A stretch of DNA of 64,000 nucleotides from positions 21,595 to 85,594 of the forward strand of contig DAONFW010000001.1 of the NCBI GenBank assembly GCA_035403785.1. Reading direction: 5' to 3'. The translations under genes and the position numbers were made by a program. The notes under the pieces are model-generated. The model worked only from the letters and a program-made list of their open reading frames with translations. It made no database searches and had not been told where the DNA came from. Numbering within the stretch: position 1 is the first letter of the stretch; each line of letters begins with the position of its first letter. Below are positions 49,068 through 59,142 of the stretch, piece by piece. Source of the stretch: Minisyncoccota bacterium (lineage in GTDB: Bacteria > Patescibacteriota > Minisyncoccia > Phycocordibacterales > UBA9973).

Positions 49068-49571
49068 TTGCGTGAACGAATAAACAACCAAATAAGGGCT
49101 AAAGAACTCCGAGTCATAGACAACGAAAACCAAAACCTAGGCGTTTTGACTTTTGCGGAAGCGTTAAAAATTGCTCAAGAAAGAAATTTAGATCTCATAG
49201 AGATATCACCAAATGCCAATCCTCCAGTAGCGAAGATAATGAATTTTGGAAAATATCAGTATGAGACAAGCAAAAAGCTGAAAAAAGCTAAAGCTGGAGC
49301 AAAGACGACAGAAACAAAAGCAGTACAAATCAAAATAGGCACAGGTGACCATGATTTAGAGCTAAAAGCTAAAACAGCTTCAAAATGGCTCAAAGAAGGA
49401 CACAGAATCAAAATGGAACTGTTCTTATCGGGAAGAGCAAAGTACATGGATGAAAAATTTTTGAAAGAACGCTTAGATAGAGTATTAAACTTAATCACTG
49501 AAGAATACAAAATAGCCGAGTCTTACAAAAAAGGTCCTAAAGGTTTATTTATAACAATAGAAAAAAAATAA
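49068..49571 (+). CDS. infC: Translation initiation factor IF-3 (TTG start)
   Basis: INNQIRAKELRVID...LDLIEISPNANPPVAKIMNFGKYQYE. It is followed by rpmI-rplT in the canonical order. Confidence 0.9.
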   Translation: MRERINNQIRAKELRVIDNENQNLGVLTFAEALKIAQERNLDLIEISPNANPPVAKIMNFGKYQYETSKKLKKAKAGAKTTETKAVQIKIGTGDHDLELKAKTASKWLKEGHRIKMELFLSGRAKYMDEKFLKERLDRVLNLITEEYKIAESYKKGPKGLFITIEKK

Positions 49572-49575
49572 TTTT

Positions 49576-49761
49576 ATGAAAACAAACAAATCATATACAA
49601 AAAGATTGAAGCTAACAAAAACAGGAAAGCTTATTTCAAGAAAACCTGGTTTTAACCATTTCAATGCTAAGCAATCAAGAACAACACAATTATCAGGTCG
49701 CAAAGGAAGTAGTTTTGTTATCAAAAACAAACCAAAAAGTCATTTATTGCCTTTTTCCTAA
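49576..49761 (+). CDS. rpmI: 50S ribosomal protein L35
   Basis: 61-aa basic protein in the canonical position. Confidence 0.8.
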   Translation: MKTNKSYTKRLKLTKTGKLISRKPGFNHFNAKQSRTTQLSGRKGSSFVIKNKPKSHLLPFS

Positions 49762-49794
49762 TTAAAAAATAACAAGTAAGAATTTTATAAAAAC

Positions 49795-50139
49795 ATGACA
49801 AGAGTTAAAAAAGGAGTACATGCGTTAAAAAGAAGAAGAAGTGTTCTAAAACAAACAAAAGGTTTTAGACATGGATTAAGATCAAAGGAGCGTCAAGCAA
49901 AGGATGCCCTACTCCACGCAGGAAATTATTCTTTTGCACACAGAAAAGACAAAAAGTCACACAATAGAACTTTGTGGAATATAAAAATAAATGCCGGAGC
50001 CAGAGAGATTGGAATGAGTTATTCAAAACTAATCAGTGGATTAAAGAAAAATAAAATAGAATTAGATAGAAAAATCCTAGCAGACCTAGCAGAAAACAAT
50101 CCAGAAACATTCAAGAAAGTTCTAGCAAATATAAAATAA
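49795..50139 (+). CDS. rplT: 50S ribosomal protein L20
   Basis: MTRVKKGVHALKRRRSVLKQTKGF... Confidence 0.9.
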   Translation: MTRVKKGVHALKRRRSVLKQTKGFRHGLRSKERQAKDALLHAGNYSFAHRKDKKSHNRTLWNIKINAGAREIGMSYSKLISGLKKNKIELDRKILADLAENNPETFKKVLANIK

Positions 50140-50149
50140 CAAACTAATT

Positions 50150-50178
50150 AAAAAACCCAGAGTACTCTGGGTTTTTTA
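50150..50178. terminator. Bidirectional terminator (cccagag-tac-tctggg)
   Basis: Seen in sequence, between rplT and the convergent LOG-like gene. Confidence 0.65.
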
Positions 50179-50200
50179 ATTATATTTAATCTTTATATCT

Positions 50201-50803
50201 TTATATCGGCTTATATTCTGGAACTTTGTATTTCTTTACTATCTCTATAACGTCAGAAACTAATTTCTTTGGATCTTCACCGAATACAATTTTTTCATTT
50301 GGACGATGTCCTTTTTCTATTATTTCTTTAATTTCTCCGGACATTTCCCATTCCCCTTCGTAGATTCCTATCGCTTTATCGTCTTCAAAAGCAATCGTAA
50401 ATTCATGGATAGTACCAATACGGCCACAACCACAAATTACAGCGTCAGAAGCTCTAGTAAGCAACAAATCTCTACCTGGATAGCCAAAACCTGTATAAAC
50501 TATCAAATCCATATAATCTAACGGAAGCTTATAAACTTCTACGTGTTCTTTTTCTGTAGATGCTGGAGAAAATCCGATAGAAAGACCTCCGACTTCTTTT
50601 GCTCCCATAGCTGCCCAAAGCGGAAAACCCGTTGTAGCACCAGTTACAAGAACAGCTCCTTGTCGAGCAATTTCTCTCCCAAGTTCTTTTGCTTTTTCTA
50701 AAGCGTTGATACCACAGTGTCCTGTTTCTGCCGCGCCAGAAACACAAATTTTTACTTGTTGATGACCGTGTTTTGTATACGGATTTAATGAAAGTGAGTC
50801 CAT
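50201..50803 (-). CDS. LOG/SLOG-family Rossmann-fold protein (TIGR00725-like)
   Basis: ICVSGAAETGHCG...AVLVTGATTGFPLWAAMGAKE. Confidence 0.55.
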   Translation of the reverse strand: MDSLSLNPYTKHGHQQVKICVSGAAETGHCGINALEKAKELGREIARQGAVLVTGATTGFPLWAAMGAKEVGGLSIGFSPASTEKEHVEVYKLPLDYMDLIVYTGFGYPGRDLLLTRASDAVICGCGRIGTIHEFTIAFEDDKAIGIYEGEWEMSGEIKEIIEKGHRPNEKIVFGEDPKKLVSDVIEIVKKYKVPEYKPI

Positions 50804-50858
50804 GTTTAAAATTATATATTAAAAAATAAGTCTAGTAAATAAAAACGTAAAACAAAAA

Positions 50859-52223
50859 TTAACAATTTAAAATAACAGTGCTTCCCTCTTCTGGAACATG
50901 CGCTTCAACTCCTAAATTATCCAAAAGCTTCTGAGAAAGATACATTGAGGATCTCGGTTCACCCATAACCACAAAAACTTTTTTAAGTGTTTCCATTGAA
51001 TTTTCAACAAACTTTAACAATGCATCTGAATCTTTATGTCCAGAATAACCACTTATTGTTACAACTCTTGCTCTCACTGGAACATCTTCACCATATATTT
51101 TTACAGTTTTTATTCCTTCTTGAATCAAACGTCCAATTGTTCCAACTGCTTGATAACCAGTGAGAAGAATAATATTGTTTGGATCTGGTAAATAATGTTT
51201 TTCATGGTGCACAATTCTTCCACCTGAAGACATGCCAGAACCAGCAATTATTATTTTTGGATTTGGCACTTCATTTATTTTTTTTGATTCTTCTGAATGC
51301 AAAGTCAAATGGAGTCCTGGAAATTCAAATAAATGTTTTTCGTTCACCATGACTTTCTGCGCTTTAACGTTAAAATAATCTTTGTATCTTTCAAAAACCT
51401 CAGTCAGACGAATAGCTAGAGGAGAATCCAAAAAGACTGGCATCACAGGAACTCGATTGTGCTCCACGAGATCGTCCATTTCGAATAAAAGTTCCTGTGC
51501 TCTTTCCAAAGAAAAAGTTGGGATAATCAAAGTACCTTTTGCTTTATAATTATCTTCTATCGTAGCTTCTAGTAATTTTTTTCTGTCGTCTCTTGATTCA
51601 TGATTTCTATCTCCATAAACACTTTCCATTATTAAATAATCTATGTCATCTATCTTTTCTGTGTCTGGTAACAATGGCGATGGGCTATTGCCCAAATCTC
51701 CAGTAAACAAAATTTTCTTTTTATTATAAATAAACTCAACCATTGCAGAGCCTAAAATATGTCCAGAATCTCTGAAAGAAACTTCAAAATTGTCTGCGAG
51801 CTTTATTGTTTTATGATATTCGAATCCTTCCCAAAGAGATAGAGTTTTTTCTATTGTTTCTTCGTTATAGATTTCTTCTAGATTGTATTCTTTATTTTTA
51901 GAAAGAATCGTCATTGTATCTTCTAACATCGGACGAGCCAACGCTTGAGTTGGTAAAGTAGAATAAATTTTTCCTTCAAAACCTTCTTTAACCAATTTGG
52001 GAATTCTTCCCAAATGATCTATGTGTGCATGCGTAACAAAAAGGATATCAATTTGTTTTGGATCATATGGAAATTTGTCCCAGTTTATATCATCAGCAAG
52101 TTTTATCCCCTGAGTCAACCCGCAGTCTACTAAAATTTTTTTACCTTCGACTTCAAATAGAAAATTGGCACCGGTAACCGTACCTGTTCCACCACAAAAT
52201 GTTAACTTAGCAATACGTGACAT
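50859..52223 (-). CDS. Metallo-beta-lactamase / beta-CASP family ribonuclease (RNase J / CPSF-like)
   Basis: HxHxDH motif (THAHIDHLG). beta-CASP region with conserved D, H, H. Length 454 aa. Confidence 0.7.
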   Translation of the reverse strand: MSRIAKLTFCGGTGTVTGANFLFEVEGKKILVDCGLTQGIKLADDINWDKFPYDPKQIDILFVTHAHIDHLGRIPKLVKEGFEGKIYSTLPTQALARPMLEDTMTILSKNKEYNLEEIYNEETIEKTLSLWEGFEYHKTIKLADNFEVSFRDSGHILGSAMVEFIYNKKKILFTGDLGNSPSPLLPDTEKIDDIDYLIMESVYGDRNHESRDDRKKLLEATIEDNYKAKGTLIIPTFSLERAQELLFEMDDLVEHNRVPVMPVFLDSPLAIRLTEVFERYKDYFNVKAQKVMVNEKHLFEFPGLHLTLHSEESKKINEVPNPKIIIAGSGMSSGGRIVHHEKHYLPDPNNIILLTGYQAVGTIGRLIQEGIKTVKIYGEDVPVRARVVTISGYSGHKDSDALLKFVENSMETLKKVFVVMGEPRSSMYLSQKLLDNLGVEAHVPEEGSTVILNC

Positions 52224-52230
52224 GAACTTA

Positions 52231-52632
52231 TTATAACTTATTTTCTTCTTTTATAAAAATTCTTTTTACAAAATAAATAGTAGCGAAAGTACCACCAGCC
52301 AAATCACAAAAAATATCAGAAACAGTATCTAAAATATTAAAAGGATTTTGTGCAATTGTTTCGTTAACAAATATTTCAAAAAATTCCCAAAAAATGCCAA
52401 TTGTTAAAACAATAAGCAATATTTGTATTATATATTTATAAGTTATTTTTTGTTCTTTGGTAGGAAATATCCAAAGCGCAGCCAAAGCAACCCAAAAGCC
52501 ACCCAGAGTGTGCATGATTATATCAAAATACCATACAGAATAATACCAATAAAACTTACTTCCAATGAAATTCAAAAAGAAAATAAACAATATAACTGTG
52601 GCTAACCGGATAAAAAGTTTTTTCTTGTCCAT
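52231..52632 (-). CDS. Small polytopic membrane protein
   Basis: Four hydrophobic helices. Length 133 aa. Confidence 0.45.
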   Translation of the reverse strand: MDKKKLFIRLATVILFIFFLNFIGSKFYWYYSVWYFDIIMHTLGGFWVALAALWIFPTKEQKITYKYIIQILLIVLTIGIFWEFFEIFVNETIAQNPFNILDTVSDIFCDLAGGTFATIYFVKRIFIKEENKL

Positions 52633-52904
52633 TTTTTAATTATATCTTAAAAATTCTGTTAGAAAAGAAAAAATCCGTGTAAAAACGGATATCTTCTTAG
52701 GACTATTTTCAATATATTACCCTAGCTTTAAACTAGGTGGATGCTAGACACAAGGGACCAAGGTCGATTGCGATCGAAGCTTCCATATATATAGTGTTCT
52801 AGGTAATAATTGAAAATAACCCTACTTAAATTCTAACCAAAAAATTTTCTTTTGCAATAGAAAAAATCAAAAAACCATAACTTATTTTAAAAAACAAGTT
52901 GCAA

Positions 52905-52934
52905 AAAATAAAAACCCACTTTTGTGGGTTTTTA
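52905..52934 (-). terminator. Terminator downstream of ndk (cccac-tttt-gtggg)
   Basis: Seen in sequence with flanking A- and T-runs. Confidence 0.55.
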
Positions 52935-52945
52935 TTTAAAAAAAT

Positions 52946-53461
52946 TTATTTTTTCTTTGTCTGAGTAAATTTTTCATGAACAACCTCGTAGTCAAAAAGC
53001 TCGTTTTCAGAAAACCAATGACTTATTTCTAGTTTTGCTTCTTCTTCATTTCCAGACGCATGAATTAAATTTGGAATTCCAACTTTGTTAACATCACCAT
53101 GCGTATAACTCATATGAGCATAATCCCCTCGAATCGTACCAGGCTGAGCTGACTTTGGCTCTGTTGAACCAACCATCTTTCTAACTAAAGTTACAGCTTC
53201 AATCCCTTCCAAAACGAAAGCAACTACTGGACCAGCACTCATCATTTCTAAAGTTACATCAAAAACATCTTTTCCTCTTCGGGAAACTAATTTCCCTATT
53301 TTTTCATAATGATGAAAAAAATGATCATAATCTGGCTGAAGCATTTTTGCTCCAACTATTTTTAATCCGACTCTTTCAAACCGAGATAAAATTTCACCCA
53401 TTACTCCACGCTGAACAGCGTCCGGTTTAAAAACTATTAGGGTTCTCTCCAAATGTGCCAT
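52946..53461 (-). CDS. ndk: Nucleoside diphosphate kinase
   Basis: ERTLIVFKPDAV...FERVGLKIVGAKM. His-loop region NLIHASGN. Confidence 0.75.
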   Translation of the reverse strand: MAHLERTLIVFKPDAVQRGVMGEILSRFERVGLKIVGAKMLQPDYDHFFHHYEKIGKLVSRRGKDVFDVTLEMMSAGPVVAFVLEGIEAVTLVRKMVGSTEPKSAQPGTIRGDYAHMSYTHGDVNKVGIPNLIHASGNEEEAKLEISHWFSENELFDYEVVHEKFTQTKKK

Positions 53462-53536
53462 AAATTTAAAAATTTAAATTAATAATAAATATATCTTAGC
53501 AGAAATTGAGCTATTTTTCAAAAATATAATAAATAT

Positions 53537-56305
53537 TTATCTTTCGTATTTTCTCATAATTCCTGCTTCAATATCTTCCCTATCCCGTCCGTACTTCAAA
53601 TAAGAAAGTTCTTTCAATGGTTCTACAATTTCTAAATTTCCCTCCTCCGGAGCTATTGTGTGCATATTAAATGGTTTTGTCGGCTGCCCTTTAACTAACA
53701 TATTTACGTACGCATTATAGTTATCTAATTTCATAATATCAGCAGCTTTGAAAGTCGGTAAAAATCTTTTTTCTAAAAACTGTGCATCTTCAGAACTCAC
53801 ACGAAAAACAGCCATCGAACCAACGTTTCCAAAAACAGCATTTTTTATGCCTTCTTCAAGTTGCGAAATATATTGGTGCGCTATATTCAAAGACAATCTG
53901 TATTTTCTAGCTTCTGAAAGAATAGATGCAATAGAATCTGTAGTTACGTTTTGGAACTCGTCTATATACAAATAAAAATCATTCATCTTTTTTCCAAACA
54001 TATCTACACGAGAAAGCGCCGCCATTTGAATTTTTCCTACCAAAACTAGACCAATCAAGTTTGCATTCATTTCACCTAATCTACCTTTTGAGAGATTAAC
54101 TAGCAAAATTTTCTTGTTGTCCATTATTTCTCTGAAATTGAATACAGATTTTTCTTGAAGCACCACTGGTCGCATAATATCGTTTGAAATAAAGTTATCA
54201 AATTTAGAAGTAATATACGGCACAAAGTTCGCAAGACCTTGATCTCCTGTCGTTTGTTCTGCTGAAGCCCAAAATTGCTTAATAATAGGATTTTTACATT
54301 TTGAGAGTTTCATATCACGAAATGCCTTATCAGAAAGAATTCTAGATATTTCAAGTAAAGTACAACCAGAATCTGGATCTTCCATGGCAAGAAAAGCACT
54401 GTTCTTGAAATACTGTTCGAACATTGGACCTCCAGAGGTTTTCATATCGAAAAGCTTGTTAAAAATTCCCATCAGTTCATTCACTACAAAAGTCTTCTGT
54501 TCAGGATATTTTGGGTCAAATTCAAGCATATTAAGCCCCATTGGTCGTGCTGTATATGCAGGGTCAAAGTATATAACATCATCTATTCTATTTTCTGGAA
54601 TTCTAGAAAGGATAGTCTGAATATCAGTACCGTGTGGATCAATATAACAACAGCCATCACCATTTTTAATATCCTGAGTTATCATGTTTAACATAATATT
54701 AGTCTTACCTGTCCCGGTCTGACCAATTACATACATATGACGGACTCTATCTTCGCGAGCCATACGAATTTCTGTATCTTTGCCACGATAGCTATTTATA
54801 CCCAACACAATCCCCTCTTGCCCCATTTCAAACGGAGCTGGGGCAATTCCTGCTTTTGCTTCCTTAAGTTGTCCTTGACCAGTAATTCCAACAGGAAAAT
54901 GAAATACTGAAGAAAGTTCTTTTAAGTTCATCGGCAAAATTTTATTTGAAGGAAATGTTCGGTAAGAAAAATCATGAAAGAAATTTTTTAAATCTCCACC
55001 AGTCATTTTTTCAAAAACAATAGAATTACTTGCTGATTCAGTAAACTGATTAAAAGAAGATTCTATGTCACCCAAAATAGCGTCCGCCCTTTCTTTTGTT
55101 TCAGCAGAAGTGGCTATTCGAATACTTGCTTTCATAATAGAACTCTTCAATTTTTTATTAATATTTTCAACAGCGTTCTGGTCAACCGCTCGTCTACCTT
55201 TCATATATTTTTCTTTCTTTTCTTCTTCTGTTTTTTTTGTATCAAAAAATAAACCTTTTGCCGCCTGCATAAAAGCTTTATTGAACTTATAAAAATTATC
55301 AGCAGCATATTTGACAGACATACCATCTTTTACATCGTCTAAAATCAGATGAAATTGATCTATAAATTTAGTTCCAGCTGGAGCAACCAATAACTGAATC
55401 GCTGCTCCCTCCCCTTCAGATTTTAATTTTGTGAATACATTCAAAATAGTATTCATTGGGTCATGATCTATTTCTTCATAAGTTTTTATAGGTAAAACTG
55501 GACGCTCTAAAAAGCTTGCATAAGCTCCAGCTGAATATCCTTTTTCTGTAAAAATATTATAGTCATCAGAAACTTCTACAATTTTTGCATCGTGATAAAA
55601 AGCTAAAACTTGTTTTTCAAAAAGAGAAACATACTTATTTGGAACAGCGGCATAAACGACAACAGAGTCTCTGCTGTTTTCGAGAGCCACTTCTAATGTA
55701 AAATAATTTTCTTTCTCATTGTTTTTATCTTCTGCAATAGACTGCATTCCAGCATAGAACTGCTCCATTGCACCAATAAATTCTTTAAAACCTTTTTGTT
55801 TATCAGCCTCATCTTGTGGTGGAGGAAGTGTAATTTCAAAAAGCGTCATGTGCAAAGATTTATGCAACGGCGTTCCTTCTTTCAAACCCAAAATAGGCTG
55901 GCCAGTTTTCAAATACTGAATCAAAAGTCTATGAAAATCATCATCTATGTGAGGATTATTCATCGCTTCAACCACTGATATTGCATTACGAATACCTTTT
56001 GTTAAAACAATTCCCAAAAGTTCTTCCATCACTGAGTCATGCGCTTCCGGTTTCAATTTGAGTACTATTTCTCCAACTTCTTTTTCTTTCATCAACTGCG
56101 ATTTGTGCACAGCTTCTTTTGCTGGAACCTTTTTATATTCTTCTACTATATTAACTGCTGCTTTCTCGCTAGTATTTTCAAAATGTCCTAACTCTTTAAG
56201 CTCTTGCTCTCTCTTTGCCACATGCGCACGCAAATAATCAAGCTCTTCAGTCGGGCTTTTGAATTTTGGCATTTCTTTAAAAAACGAATTGGAAGATCCA
56301 AACAT
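53537..56305 (-). CDS. Large P-loop ATPase of the VirB4/TraC / T4CP / HerA-FtsK superfamily with a ~500-aa uncharacterised N-terminal domain
   Basis: Walker A YVIGQTGTGKTNIMLNM at about aa 525. Walker B YLYIDEFQN at about aa 770. Length 922 aa. No TM helices seen. Confidence 0.6.
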   Translation of the reverse strand: MFGSSNSFFKEMPKFKSPTEELDYLRAHVAKREQELKELGHFENTSEKAAVNIVEEYKKVPAKEAVHKSQLMKEKEVGEIVLKLKPEAHDSVMEELLGIVLTKGIRNAISVVEAMNNPHIDDDFHRLLIQYLKTGQPILGLKEGTPLHKSLHMTLFEITLPPPQDEADKQKGFKEFIGAMEQFYAGMQSIAEDKNNEKENYFTLEVALENSRDSVVVYAAVPNKYVSLFEKQVLAFYHDAKIVEVSDDYNIFTEKGYSAGAYASFLERPVLPIKTYEEIDHDPMNTILNVFTKLKSEGEGAAIQLLVAPAGTKFIDQFHLILDDVKDGMSVKYAADNFYKFNKAFMQAAKGLFFDTKKTEEEKKEKYMKGRRAVDQNAVENINKKLKSSIMKASIRIATSAETKERADAILGDIESSFNQFTESASNSIVFEKMTGGDLKNFFHDFSYRTFPSNKILPMNLKELSSVFHFPVGITGQGQLKEAKAGIAPAPFEMGQEGIVLGINSYRGKDTEIRMAREDRVRHMYVIGQTGTGKTNIMLNMITQDIKNGDGCCYIDPHGTDIQTILSRIPENRIDDVIYFDPAYTARPMGLNMLEFDPKYPEQKTFVVNELMGIFNKLFDMKTSGGPMFEQYFKNSAFLAMEDPDSGCTLLEISRILSDKAFRDMKLSKCKNPIIKQFWASAEQTTGDQGLANFVPYITSKFDNFISNDIMRPVVLQEKSVFNFREIMDNKKILLVNLSKGRLGEMNANLIGLVLVGKIQMAALSRVDMFGKKMNDFYLYIDEFQNVTTDSIASILSEARKYRLSLNIAHQYISQLEEGIKNAVFGNVGSMAVFRVSSEDAQFLEKRFLPTFKAADIMKLDNYNAYVNMLVKGQPTKPFNMHTIAPEEGNLEIVEPLKELSYLKYGRDREDIEAGIMRKYER

Positions 56306-56477
56306 ACTCTATATTATACAGCAAAATCCTTATTTTAATGATATTTTATATACTTGACTTTTTATGTTTATTATGATATACTGTTCTTGTAGTTAATTAA
56401 GAGAAAGTATATAATATAAACAAATAGAAATTAGTATTATTAGTCGATTTTATAAAAAATTAATTAAAAAAATATTT

Positions 56478-56939
56478 ATGAGTAATCAAGAATTTCCACC
56501 AAGATCAAGCGATCAAGCTGATGTATTGGAAAACAAAGTTTCTAATGTAGAAACTCCAAAAGTATTAAGTGAACAAGAAAAATTAGCCGCTGAAGCTATG
56601 CAACAGCAAAAAGGAACAGAGAAAATTACAAAAGAAGAAAAAGAAAAAATTGGCATTTGGACAAAATTAGGAAGAACATTTAATACAGAGAAAGCTTGGA
56701 AAAACGCTCCTATCGCTGCCTTAGAAAAGCATGCGGAACAAGTATTTAAGAATCCTGGTGGCAAAAGAAAAATGATGAGATATCAGGAATTAAAAAATTC
56801 CGGAGATCTTGATAGAGCAAAAGCATTCTTAATAGCTATTAGCGCACAGAATTATGAGCTTCCAGATGAAAAAACATATGATGATGTAAACAAAAGATAC
56901 ACGAAAGACACTGACACAGGAGGAACATTTGGGCAATAA
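56478..56939 (+). CDS. Hypothetical charged protein
   Basis: 153-aa ORF with no motif. Confidence 0.35.
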   Translation: MSNQEFPPRSSDQADVLENKVSNVETPKVLSEQEKLAAEAMQQQKGTEKITKEEKEKIGIWTKLGRTFNTEKAWKNAPIAALEKHAEQVFKNPGGKRKMMRYQELKNSGDLDRAKAFLIAISAQNYELPDEKTYDDVNKRYTKDTDTGGTFGQ

Positions 56940-56961
56940 TATATATTTATCGTTACACAAA

Positions 56962-56990
56962 ACAAAAACCCGCGTTATGTGGGTTTTTGT
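56962..56990. terminator. Terminator hairpin between convergent genes
   Basis: aaaaacccgcgttatgtgggttttt. Confidence 0.45.
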
Positions 56991-56997
56991 TTTGTTT

Positions 56998-57765
56998 TTA
57001 AATTTTAGTTAAAATTTCTGGGTCACCGTCTGTAATCAAAACAGTATGCTCGAAGTGAGCGCTCTTTTTTTTGTCTAATGTTGTAAAAGTCCAATCATCA
57101 TCTTCTACCACAACGTGTTTGGAACCGTTATTTAGCATCGGCTCTATCGCTATCACCATCCCTTTTCGCAACTTCTCACCCTTGCCCGGTTTCCCAAAAT
57201 TTGGAATAAAAGGATCTTCATGAATTTTTTTTCCTACGCCATGGCCAGCCAAAACTTCTACAATTCCGTATTTATGTTTTTTTACAAAATTTTCTATCGC
57301 ATGACCAATGTCTCCAGTGTGGTTCCCTTCTCTCGCAGCTTCAATACCGATTTCTAAAGCTTTCTGGGTTACTTCTATCAACTTTTTAGATGAATTACTT
57401 ATTTCTCCCACACCAACAGTCATCGCCATATCTGAAAAATAACCGTCGTGCTCTAGACCCAAATCAATAGATACGATATCCCCTTCTTTTAAAATTCTAT
57501 TTTTCTTTGGTATTCCGTGCACAACTTCTTCGTTTACTGAAACACACAAAGCTGCGGGAAAAGCGTAACTCGCTCCTTCCGGCTTGTAATTCAAAAAAGC
57601 CGGGCGATCACCCATATCTCTGATTAACTTTTCTGCGTATTTATCAAGATCCCATGTTGAAATACCAGGCTTTATCATGTCTTTAACTTTATTCAAAACA
57701 ACAGCGAGCCTTCTGCTTGCCTCTCGAATTTTCTCTATTTCTTTTTCTGTTTTTATAATTACCAT
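56998..57765 (-). CDS. map: Methionine aminopeptidase, type I
   Basis: Metal ligands in the FSDMAMT...AGHGVG...IEP context. Length 255 aa. Confidence 0.9.
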   Translation of the reverse strand: MVIIKTEKEIEKIREASRRLAVVLNKVKDMIKPGISTWDLDKYAEKLIRDMGDRPAFLNYKPEGASYAFPAALCVSVNEEVVHGIPKKNRILKEGDIVSIDLGLEHDGYFSDMAMTVGVGEISNSSKKLIEVTQKALEIGIEAAREGNHTGDIGHAIENFVKKHKYGIVEVLAGHGVGKKIHEDPFIPNFGKPGKGEKLRKGMVIAIEPMLNNGSKHVVVEDDDWTFTTLDKKKSAHFEHTVLITDGDPEILTKI

Positions 57766-57796
57766 ATTCTAGTTTTTAATTTATTTTTACCTGATT

Positions 57797-58486
57797 TTAT
57801 TTGATTAGCGTGCCTAAAAATTTACCATTTTCTAAATAGCCTGTCAAATTAGAAACTGGTTTTCCGTTCATGATAACAACTTCTATGCCAACAGTTTCCG
57901 CTTCTCTAGCGGCAGTAGGATCAAACGGTGTATTTAATCCTGGATTCCAATCAGTTGGAATTAATTTTCTATATTCAGCCCATGAGATCTCTTCGATCTT
58001 CTTTGCGTCTGGATTTAGCTTCGGATCTGAATCATAGACATAGTCGGTATTTGAAAGATTTATAACAACTTTTGCTCCGACTTTTTTAGCTAATTCGATA
58101 GCGTCCCAATCTGTGCTGTGCCCTGGTTCATAGGCAGAACCAATATAAATTGGTCTTTTGAAATCTAAATTTTCAGAAAAATCACTAACAACTTTTTCGT
58201 TCGCGTATTCACCAAAGATAGTTCTAATTAGTTCTGCGTTTAATTTTAAAGAAGCGATCCCAATCCAATCCAAATCATCATTATTTGGCGTTGAAATTTC
58301 CTTAGCTGCATTCTGATATTTTCTACAAATTTTTCCGCCACCAGTTATAATGATAAATTTTTTATTTTTGGCAACCTGAGAAAGAATCAATTCTCTAAAA
58401 TCTTTCAAGAAATCAACATCTATTTGCTCTGGCACTATCAAAGAACCTCCTAGTGAGATTATAATTATGTCTTCTTTATGTTCCAT
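57797..58486 (-). CDS. pyrH: Amino-acid-kinase-family protein, probable UMP kinase
   Basis: IISLGGSLI N-terminal motif. TDYVYDSDP. Length 229 aa. Confidence 0.6.
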   Translation of the reverse strand: MEHKEDIIIISLGGSLIVPEQIDVDFLKDFRELILSQVAKNKKFIIITGGGKICRKYQNAAKEISTPNNDDLDWIGIASLKLNAELIRTIFGEYANEKVVSDFSENLDFKRPIYIGSAYEPGHSTDWDAIELAKKVGAKVVINLSNTDYVYDSDPKLNPDAKKIEEISWAEYRKLIPTDWNPGLNTPFDPTAAREAETVGIEVVIMNGKPVSNLTGYLENGKFLGTLIK

Positions 58487-58491
58487 ATTAT

Positions 58492-59094
58492 TTATATTGC
58501 TAAAGCTTTAATAATATCTTTGTGCACATCTTCAACAGATTGTTCTCCGTTTATCGTTATTATCTCATAGCCAGCTTTCTCAAGAAAATAATTCATAGCT
58601 GGAACTACGTTGTTTTTATACTCATTAAATCTTCTTCTTAATCCTTCTTCAGTATCATCTGCTCTGCCTCTCAATAAATTTCTCTTCATTGCTTCTTCTT
58701 CTGAAAGTTCTATATAAATAATTTTTATATTTTCTCTTTTGAAAAATTGCATCATTTTTTCAAAACTTTCAGACTGCTCAACAGTTCTTGGATAGCCATC
58801 TGCGATCAAATGCTTATTTTCATCCAAAGAAGAAATTAGCACATTAGTGAAAAGCGCTGTCGTCAAAAAGTTTGGCTGAAGCTCACCTTTGTTCATCGAG
58901 TCTTTTATCAATTTTGCCGTAAAATTGTCTAATTCTAGGATTTTTCTAAACTCTTCCCCTGTCCCACCATAGACAATATCTCTATTATCTTTAGTCTTTA
59001 TGTATTCCATCAAGAGTTTAATTTGAGTCCCCTTGCCAGAGCCGACCTGACCGAAAAATACGAAAGTTTGTGTTTGCATTATATTAGAATACAA
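58492..59094 (-). CDS. adk: Adenylate kinase
   Basis: P-loop FFGQVGSGKGTQ. NMP-binding region. DGYPRT. LID Arg residues. Confidence 0.8.
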   Translation of the reverse strand: MYSNIMQTQTFVFFGQVGSGKGTQIKLLMEYIKTKDNRDIVYGGTGEEFRKILELDNFTAKLIKDSMNKGELQPNFLTTALFTNVLISSLDENKHLIADGYPRTVEQSESFEKMMQFFKRENIKIIYIELSEEEAMKRNLLRGRADDTEEGLRRRFNEYKNNVVPAMNYFLEKAGYEIITINGEQSVEDVHKDIIKALAI

Positions 59095-59142
59095 AATTTG
59101 AGCTTAAAAATCAATAATGCTATTATTTAGTTATAAAATAAT

